Source: Dehalococcoidia bacterium (GTDB lineage Bacteria > Chloroflexota > Dehalococcoidia > Lucifugimonadales > UBA3495). Taken from it: 64,000 nucleotides of DNA. A model generated the notes under the pieces. It saw nothing but the letters and a program-made list of their open reading frames with translations, did no database searches and had not been told where the DNA came from. Below, one piece after another: positions 56,921 through 64,000 of the stretch (the stretch's first letter is position 1; every line of letters begins with the position of its first letter). The stretch covers positions 87,361-151,360 of the forward strand of contig JASLXV010000032.1 of assembly GCA_030740155.1 (NCBI GenBank). The letters run 5' to 3'. The position numbers and the translations under genes were made by a program.

Positions 56921-57349
56921 CTAGGGCTCGATGCGGATGGAGTCGCCCACCCGGATGGGACCGCCGTCGATGACCATGACCAGCAGCCCCCGGCGTCCGT
57001 TCACCTGCTCCCGCAGGCCCGGCCGGATCGCGTCCATCTTGCGGCAGGGCTCGCACAGCCCCACGATCTCCATGGTCACCCGGTCTTCGATGAAGAGCAC
57101 CTCACCCGGGCGTGCCAGGGACAGGTCGAGGCCGGTGGTGGTGATGTTCTCTTTGAGTTGGCCCGGCTTCACTTCCAGCGCGTCCAGGGTCTCCCGGTCA
57201 ATCACCAGCACCTGACGCGGGTTGTCCGCCCGGCAACTGCGGTCGCCCTCCAGCCCGTGTCCGGAGATTGCCATGGCTTCCTGAACCGGGTCTGACGGCG
57301 TGTCTTGGACCCTGGCCAGGTGAAGGTTCACGATGGTTCCCTGCTGCAT
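56921..57349 (-). CDS. MOSC domain protein
   Basis: GLEGD, RQVL, PG.LKENITT.G, CEPC.KMD and G.I.VGD motifs. Confidence 0.88.
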   Translation of the reverse strand: MQQGTIVNLHLARVQDTPSDPVQEAMAISGHGLEGDRSCRADNPRQVLVIDRETLDALEVKPGQLKENITTTGLDLSLARPGEVLFIEDRVTMEIVGLCEPCRKMDAIRPGLREQVNGRRGLLVMVIDGGPIRVGDSIRIEP

Positions 57350-57578
57350 TCCGGTGTGCCTCCCGTACGGGTTGTTGGTTTCACCGGACTTGTGCTAATC
57401 TGAGGCCCACACCCATAACCTCAAGACCGCCTGGGCGGCTGACCGCGGACATCGTGTCTGAATTATAGAGGCTCGGCGGCACACCTGTCACCGCCAACGG
57501 CTGCGGCTATCGGCTAAAGGCCTCCTCTCCGACGGCGGACGGCCGCAGGCTCGTCAACTCACGAAACGGAGGCAGCTC

Positions 57579-58439
57579 ATGGATTATCAATACCTCAAGA
57601 CGGAGACCAAGGACCACGTCTTCATTCTGACCATGCACGATCCCCCGACTCGCAACGCCATGGGGCCGGACATGGCCGATGAGATCATGTCCGCTTTGGA
57701 CCGGTTCGAGGACGACCCGGAGCAGCGGGTGCTGCTGATGACCGGCACCGAGCCGTCCTTCTGCTCGGGCGCCAACGTCCGGGGAATGAGCCAGCGCCTT
57801 CAACAGGGCGATGGACAGTCCCCCGGAGACGAGGAGCCGGCGCCCCTGCCCTGGGGGAAGATGGAAGCCCGCTACGCCCGGCGGGAAAGCGAGGCTCAAT
57901 ACGGCGGCCGGGCCAGCGTGGTGCCCCTGCGGATCCACAAGCTTCAGAAACCGTCCATCGCCGCGGTCAACGGGCATGCCATGGGAGCGGGCATGGGGAT
58001 TGCCCTGGCCTGCGACATCCGCATCGCCGCCGAGAAGGCGGTATTCTCCGAGGCCTTCGTCCGCATGGGTCTGCTTCCCGGTGACGGAAGCTGCTGGCAG
58101 CTGCCCCGGCTGATCGGCATGAGCAACACCCTGCTGCTCCAATATACCGGGGACCGGGTGGACGGCAACGAGGCCTACCGTATGGGCCTGGTGAGCAAGG
58201 TGGTGCCCGACGGCACGGCGCTGGAAGCCGGCCTGGAACTGGCCACCCGGCTGGCCCAGGGGCCGACGGTGTCGTTGGCCCTGATCAAGTACCTGGTGGT
58301 CAAAAGCCTGGAGACCGACTTCGAGGAAAGCCTCAAAATGGCCCACCTGGGCCTGGACCAGACGCGCCGGACCGAGGACCACAAGGAAGCGGTGCAGGCA
58401 TTCTTGGAAAAGCGGCAGCCGGAGTTCAAGGGGCGGTGA
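57579..58439 (+). CDS. Enoyl-CoA hydratase/isomerase family protein
   Basis: FCSGAN, KP.IAAVNG.A.GAG, F..MGL.PGDG and AFLEKR.P.FKG motifs. Confidence 0.93.
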   Translation: MDYQYLKTETKDHVFILTMHDPPTRNAMGPDMADEIMSALDRFEDDPEQRVLLMTGTEPSFCSGANVRGMSQRLQQGDGQSPGDEEPAPLPWGKMEARYARRESEAQYGGRASVVPLRIHKLQKPSIAAVNGHAMGAGMGIALACDIRIAAEKAVFSEAFVRMGLLPGDGSCWQLPRLIGMSNTLLLQYTGDRVDGNEAYRMGLVSKVVPDGTALEAGLELATRLAQGPTVSLALIKYLVVKSLETDFEESLKMAHLGLDQTRRTEDHKEAVQAFLEKRQPEFKGR

Positions 58440-58541
58440 GACCCCCTCTCCGGTCTCCCGCTTCCCAAAGGGGAAAGTACTGTTCCTTCCCGTTGGTGGA
58501 GGGGGAAGGCTGGGATGGGGACCAAACTCAACTTTCACCCC

Positions 58542-58570
58542 TTGACTCGGGTTTGGAACCTGCCTATAAT
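58542..58570 (+). promoter_or_regulatory. Consensus-like sigma70 promoter for the 23S rRNA transcript
   Basis: TTGACT-17 nt-TATAAT about 195 nt upstream of the 23S 5' end. Confidence 0.8.
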
Positions 58571-59293
58571 GAGGTCAATACAAGAGGGCGGTTACTGAGC
58601 AAGGATGCTGTTTAACTGACAAGATAATAATCGTTGGGAAACCTGAGCGGCGGCTCGGGGTTAACCCCCCGGCCGCCGTTTCTCTTGTAGCACCTTAAAA
58701 AAAGAATAAGAAGTCTAGTAATCCTGCGAAAGAAATTCAAGAAAGTTTGGAGTTCCTAGCGTGGGTCAAGTTATTAAGGGCTTACGGTGGATGCCTTGGG
58801 ACCAAGGGCCGATGAAGGGCGCGGTAAGGCTGCGATAAGCCTCGATGAGCCGTCTAACAGGCATAGTCGAGGGTTCCCGAATGGGGAAACCTGTTCCGGT
58901 GTTGAGCCGGTTCATCCCGATGCAAATCGGGAGGGTAAGCGGGGGAACTGAAACATCTAAGTACCCCGAGGAAAATAAATCAACCGAGATTCCCTGAGTA
59001 GTGGCGAACGAAAGGGGAATAGCCCAAACCAGTACGACTTAGTGGCATGAGGGCCTATGTCGTATCGGGGTTGTAGGGAGCACCTTGGGTCACCTCATTA
59101 GACCTGAAGGAGTTACAAATCTCGTCTCTAGCCGAAGGCGCCTGGGAAGGACCGTCATAGAGGGTGAAAACCCCGTAGACGAAAGGGATAAGACTCCTGG
59201 AGCATACCCTGAGTACCACGGGGCACGTGAAACCTTGTGGGAATCTGGGGGGACCACCCTCCAAGGCTAAATACCCTTGGTCACCGATAGCGT

Positions 59294-59327
<34 letters not shown>

Positions 59328-59895
59328 TAGCGGGGAGTGAAATAGATCTGAAACCGTAAGCCTACAGAAGGTCGTAGCCCTGACTTCGGTCGGGGTGGCG
59401 GCGTGCCTATTGAAGAATGATCCGGGGACTTACTGTATGGAGCGAGGTTAAGGGACTGGAGTCCCGGAGCCGTAGCGAAAGCGAGTCTGAATAGGGCGGC
59501 TAGTTCCATGTAGTAGACTCGAAACCGGGTGAGCTACCCATGGCCAGGTTGAAGGTTCGTTAACGCGCACTGGAGGACCGAACTCGTGGCTAGTACAAAA
59601 GCTTGGGATGAGCTGTGGGTAGAGGTGAAATGCCAATCGAACTCGGAAATAGCTAGTTCTCCCCGAAATGCATTTAGGTGCAGCCTCGGGCACAGGTGGA
59701 CGGAGGTAGGGCACTGAATGGGCTAGGGGGCGTGAGCTTACCAAACCCAATCAAACCACCAATGCCGTCCAACCGATACCCGGGAGTGAGACTGCCACAG
59801 ATAAGTGCGGTAGTCGAAAGGGAAACAGCCCAGACCACCGGCTAAGGCCCCTAAGTTCAAGCTAAGTGGGAAAGGAAGTGAGGTTCCTCAGACAA

Positions 59896-59926
<31 letters not shown>

Positions 59927-60008
59927 TGAAGAGTGCGTAACAGCTCACTGGTCGAGGAGTCTGGCGCCGAAAATGTAACGGGGCTTAAGTTTGACGCCGA
60001 AGCCGTGG

Positions 60009-60165
60009 ATGTTCAGGTGCAAGGGTAAAGATCCCACCCCCAAAGGTGGAGCCAATAGGGAAACCCGCAATAGGGAAACCCGGCAACGGGCAACCTGACG
60101 GTGGGGGAACTTGGCGGCAAAGCCGGCGGGAGAGGGATTGGAGCCTTTGGAGAACGCCTGGGCGT
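60009..60165 (+). other. Intervening sequence/expansion in 23S helix 45
   Basis: About 157 nt between CCGAAGCCGTGG and GGTAGGGGAGCGTTC, where a short hairpin is normally found. Confidence 0.8.
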
Positions 60166-60812
60166 GGTAGGGGAGCGTTCCTCGGGCAACGAAGGTGAGC
60201 CGTGAGGTTCACTGGAGCGCGGGGAAGTGAGAATCCCGGAATGAGTAGCGTAAACTAGGGTGAAAATCCCTGGCGCCGAAAGCCCAAGGTTTCCTACGCA
60301 ACGTTTATCGGCGTAGGGTTAGTCGGTCCTAAGCCGTAGGCAAGCGCCGAAGGCGATGGACAGCAGGTTAATATTCCTGCACCGCCGTTGTTTCGCTTTA
60401 AAACCAAGGAGGGGTGCGGAAGGGTAGGTAGAGCATGCCTATTGGACATGGTGTGTCCTCAACTGTAGGCGAGTCGGGGCAGGTAAATCCACTCCGGCGT
60501 TAAGCAGAGGGTTGAGGGAATCGAGCCTTCGGGCTACGAAACTCTGTTGAACCCAAACCGACTAGAAAAGCTTCGTGGTTATGGAGCAATGGCGACCGTA
60601 CCGGAAACCGCCACTGGTGGGCAAGGATAAAAGTCCTAAGGCGTTCGAGCTAACCTCCGCTAAGGAACTAGACAAAAGAGCCCTGTAACTTTGGGAGAAA
60701 GGGCCCCCCGGGGGGTGAAGCCACTAGCTGGTGGAGCGCTCTGGGGGCGCAGAGAAGAAGGCCGGGCGACTGTTTAACAAAAACACAGGTCTGTGCTAAG
60801 GGGAAACCCTAC

Positions 60813-60856
<44 letters not shown>

Positions 60857-60910
60857 TGGTGCAAGCCGCGAACTGAAGCCCCGGTGAACGGCGGCCGTAA
60901 CTCTAACGGT

Positions 60911-61315
60911 CAACCGAACGGTCCAACCAGGCCTTGGGCGCAAGCCCTCGGCTCGGAGGCTGTTTAAGGCCGTTGTAAAATCTGGCTATATGCTGGGAAA
61001 CCCGAGTATCCGGCGCTACCCGTTGATCGAATCTGGGTCAATTGGTGACAATGCGTCCGGTGCGGACAATCAGCAGGAAAGACCATGGAGGAAATCCCCG
61101 CGCCACGTTCCGGACTCTGTCAAGGAATGGTCCATGGACGGGGTGGAACTTCACGGAATCCTCAGAGACCATACGCCAGACCCGCTGTCGGAACGTGCGG
61201 GAAGATATGGTCCGATCTGTGTGGCGACATGCAGAGGGCGGCAGAAATGACCGTCCCCTCCGGTACTCAGCCAAACAGGCAACTGTCTGACCGGGAATCG
61301 GGGAGTAACAAATTG
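60911..61315 (+). ncRNA. Group I self-splicing intron (405 nt, no homing endonuclease) after 23S U1923 (E. coli numbering)
   Basis: Interrupts TAACGGT^CCTAAGGTAGCGAA; exon ends in U and intron ends in G; P/Q/R/S elements ATGCTGGGAAA, AATCAGCAGG, TCAGAGACCATA, AAGATATGGTCC. Confidence 0.93.
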
Positions 61316-61811
61316 CCTAAGGTAGCGAAGTCCCTTGTCGGGTAAGTTCCGACCCGCATGAATGGTTGAACGACTTGGCCATTGTCTCGGCGGAGGGCTC
61401 GGTGAAATTGCGGTGCCCGTGAAGACGCGGGCGACCTGCGGCAGGACAAAAAGACCCTGTGGAGCTTTACTGTAGCCTGGTATTGGTCTGGGAGCCGTCA
61501 TGTGTAGGATAGGTGGGAGGCTATGATGCCCCGACGCCAGTCGGGGCGGAGCCGCCGTTGAAATACCACCCTTGGCTGTTTTTGGTCCTAACCTCAGCGC
61601 AACTGAGGGACAGTGCCTGGTGGGCAGTTTAACTGGGGCGGTTGCCTCCTAAAATGTAACGGAGGCGTCCAAAGGTTCCCTCAGGACGGATGGAAATCGT
61701 CCATAGAACGCATTGGCATAAGGGAGCTTGACTGCGAGACCTACAAGTCGAGCAGGGACGAAAGTCGGGCAAAGTGATCCTACGGCACCGTGTGGAAGGG
61801 CCGTGGCTTAT

Positions 61812-61842
<31 letters not shown>

Positions 61843-61964
61843 TATCTCGCCCAAGAGTTCACATCGACGGCGAGGTTTGGCACCTCGATGTCGGCTCGTC
61901 CCATCCTGGGGCTGAAGGCGGTCCCAAGGGTCCGGCTGTTCGCCGGTTAAAGGGGTACGTGAGT

Positions 61965-62004
<40 letters not shown>

Positions 62005-62312
62005 CGTGGGCGCAGGAGGCTTGAGGGAACCTCTCCCTAGTACGAGAGGACCGGGAGGGACAGACCTATGGTGTTCCAGTTGTTCCGCCAGGAGCAGCGC
62101 TGGGTAGCCATGTCTGGCAGTGATAAGCGCTGAAGGCATCTAAGCGCGAAGCATCCCCCAAGATGAGGCCTCCCTCCCCGATTAACTTCGGGGGTAAGAC
62201 TGCAGAGAGACTATCTGCTTGATAGGCCGGATGTGTAAGGAGTGTAAGCTCTTCAGCAAACCGGTACTAACCAGTCGAGAGGCTTGACCCACGCTAGGAA
62301 TTTCAAACTTTC

Positions 62313-62526
62313 AGATAGCGGTTAGCTATCAACCGTCAGCACTCAGCTTCCCCCGCCTCCCCTAAAGAGGATTGGAGGGGGCTGATAACTGAACGCTGAA
62401 TGCCGGCCGCATGCTACGACTTCTTATTCTTTACAGGCTGTCAGCTGACAGCTTTCAGTAGTCAGCACCCGCCACCCCTCAAAAGGGGAGGAGGGCCTGA
62501 TAGCTGACTGCTGATAGCTGACTGCT
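62313..62526. repeat. Heptamer (TCAGCNN/GCTGANA) inverted-repeat hairpins
   Basis: ..GCTATCAACCGTCAGCACTCAGC../..GCTGATAACTGAACGCTGAA.. and TCAGCTGACAGCTTTCAGTAGTCAGC../CTGATAGCTGACTGCTGATAGCTGACTGCT; shorter relics near 2620-2710, 8740-8790 and 17430-17455. Confidence 0.65.
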
Positions 62527-62535
62527 TGGCGTCGT

Positions 62536-62610
62536 CGCGGGGTGGAGCAGTGGCAGCTCGTCGGGCTCATAACCCGAAGGTCGTTGGTTCGAGTCCAACC
62601 CCCGCTACCA
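62536..62610 (+). tRNA. Initiator tRNA-fMet (CAT)
   Basis: CGCGGGG..CCCCGCT-A-CCA, unpaired position 1:72, three G-C pairs in the anticodon stem (GGG-CTCATAA-CCC), GGTTCGAGTCC T-arm. Confidence 0.96.
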
Positions 62611-62629
62611 AAAAACTAGATACAAAAGT

Positions 62630-62670
62630 GAGCCCCGATATCCAAGATTGGAGTCGGGGCTCTTGTTTTG
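62630..62670 (+). terminator. Hairpin/terminator after the tRNA
   Basis: GAGCCCCGA...TCGGGGCTC followed by TTGTTTT. Confidence 0.6.
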
Positions 62671-62700
62671 ACAGCAACCTTGACAGCAACCCAGCAGAAA

Positions 62701-63810
62701 TCAGCCCCGGAGAAGCTTGTCCAGGCCGATCATGGCCTCCCGCTGCATCGTCGGCAAAACGTGCGAGTAGACATCCATGGTAACGGCGATCTGGCTGTGT
62801 CCTAACAGTTCTTGGACCACCTTCGGCCTGGTGTCTAGGCCGAGAAGCAGTGTGGCAGCGGTGTGGCGTAGGTCGTGAAACCTGATACTGGGTAACCCGG
62901 CCCGACGGAGCAATGGTCCGAAGGATCGGTGCCGCAGGTTATTCGGATCGACATAGTTACCAAGCGCATTAGTAAACACGAAGTCCGTGTCCGGCCACTG
63001 TGGGCCGGCTTCATATTGGTCTTTTAATTGGTGGATTCGGTGGCGCTGCAACGCTTCTACGGCAAGTGGAGCAAGGTCAATCTGGCGACGGGATTTTGCG
63101 GTCTTCGGTTCCCCGAGGAACCCGCCTTGCTGAAGTGTATACCGTACCTGTAGTGTGCCTTGGTCGAGACTAACATCGCGCCAGTGGAGACCCAATAGCT
63201 CACCCCTCCTCATTCCAGAGGTCACTGCCAGCACGTAGAGGGCTTCGAGCCGGTCTTCTCTTGCGGCTTCGAGGAATCGTCGTACTTCTTCAGGTGTGAG
63301 AGCTTGATGCTCGGTACTTGCACGCCGTGGGGGATCAACCGCTTCGGACACGTTCCGTATCACCAGATTCCACCGGAGTGCTTGTTTAAATGCCCGGTGT
63401 AGGACAGTGTGGAGATGCCTGACACTCGTAGGCGACAATCCTTCTGCGAGTTTTTTGGTATATAGGTCCTGGAGATGCTGAGGAGTGAGCCGGGGAAGGC
63501 GAATATGCCCGATCACTGGTATCGCGTGAAGCCTCATGTATTCCTCGTAACGGACAAAAGTCGTGCGCCGGATCGTAGGCTCAGCGGTTTTCAGCCAGTG
63601 AGTAAGGAAGTGTTCCACGGTTTGCCGCTCAGAAACGACTGGTAAACTGGCTTCCCGGTCTCTGAGTGCTTCATTAAGTTTTCGGGCCACGTCCTGGCGA
63701 GTCTTGCCGTAGAGCGTACGGCGCTTTCTACGTGGCAGGGATACCGCCGCTGCCCACCTACCGTCCTGCCGCTTGTAGATACTGCCTTCGTTGTTTCCGC
63801 GTCTGGCCAT
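62701..63810 (-). CDS. Tyrosine recombinase (phage/ICE integrase)
   Basis: N-terminal arm-binding GSIYKRQDGRW; catalytic GMRRGE, PKT, FHDLRH, LGHS and Y; converges on the tRNA 3' end. Confidence 0.95.
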   Translation of the reverse strand: MARRGNNEGSIYKRQDGRWAAAVSLPRRKRRTLYGKTRQDVARKLNEALRDREASLPVVSERQTVEHFLTHWLKTAEPTIRRTTFVRYEEYMRLHAIPVIGHIRLPRLTPQHLQDLYTKKLAEGLSPTSVRHLHTVLHRAFKQALRWNLVIRNVSEAVDPPRRASTEHQALTPEEVRRFLEAAREDRLEALYVLAVTSGMRRGELLGLHWRDVSLDQGTLQVRYTLQQGGFLGEPKTAKSRRQIDLAPLAVEALQRHRIHQLKDQYEAGPQWPDTDFVFTNALGNYVDPNNLRHRSFGPLLRRAGLPSIRFHDLRHTAATLLLGLDTRPKVVQELLGHSQIAVTMDVYSHVLPTMQREAMIGLDKLLRG

Positions 63811-63814
63811 GTTG

Positions 63815-64000
63815 TCAACCCCCCGATGCTCGTTGCTTCCGCTTTCTCAGCTTCGCCCCGACCGGTTCGCCGCACAAATTGCAGAAGTTCATCCGGCCCC
63901 TCTGGGGCTTTCTTCCTTCCCGAATATACGTCTGGCCGCAGCCATCACAGACCGCTAGACCCTGGCTCTTACTGACCGCGAACATCAGCTGGACCCCAAG
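63815..64000 (-). CDS. C-terminal part of a zinc-finger protein upstream of the integrase (partial)
   Basis: Manual translation ..AVCDGCGQTYIREGRKPQRGRMNFCNLCGEPVGAKLRKRKQRASGG*; stops 4 nt before the integrase ATG. Confidence 0.65.
   Translation of the reverse strand, partial: LGVQLMFAVSKSQGLAVCDGCGQTYIREGRKPQRGRMNFCNLCGEPVGAKLRKRKQRASGG

Larger units (their letters stand above)
62611..64000. mobile_element. Left end of an integrative element (prophage/ICE/island) inserted at tRNA-fMet
   Basis: Integrase next to the tRNA 3' end; visibly more A/T-ending codons than flanking genes; direct repeats TGACAGCAAC at 62669 and 62681. Confidence 0.75.

Noticed and set aside
60990..61345. Short ORFs inside the intron as a homing endonuclease
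   Set aside because: They are 78-86 aa, overlap the ribozyme core, and have no LAGLIDADG, GIY-YIG or HNH motif.

Overview
GC-rich bacterial chromosome segment. The gene content suggests Chloroflexota, probably Dehalococcoidia/SAR202-like; this is inference only, from an alternative complex III with an auracyanin-like domain, many paralogous catabolic enzymes and an unlinked 23S gene. Main contents: (1) an alternative complex III (ACIII/Qrc-like) operon at 12.1-20.9 kb with split ActB, reordered NrfD subunits and an ActE-like monoheme lipoprotein fused to an auracyanin-type blue-copper domain, followed by cytochrome c maturation genes (ccmH, ccmF, TlpA and two uncharacterised membrane proteins); (2) two selenoprotein genes that the ORF track breaks at in-frame UGA codons, a UxxC peroxiredoxin-like protein and a UGSC-motif protein with a co-transcribed partner, both with SECIS-like hairpins; (3) many catabolic enzymes, including a luciferase-like monooxygenase paired with a reductive-dehalogenase/QueG-like B12/Fe-S protein, and a tandem PrpD duplication that left a decayed MOSC remnant; (4) a stand-alone 23S rRNA gene with its own promoter, an ORF-less group I intron at L1923 and a helix-45 insertion, with no adjacent 16S or 5S, followed by tRNA-fMet; (5) the edge of an integrative element (tyrosine integrase) at that tRNA. 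At least seven different short palindromic repeat families occupy the intergenic spaces. All product calls come from motif recognition by eye; no database search was run.
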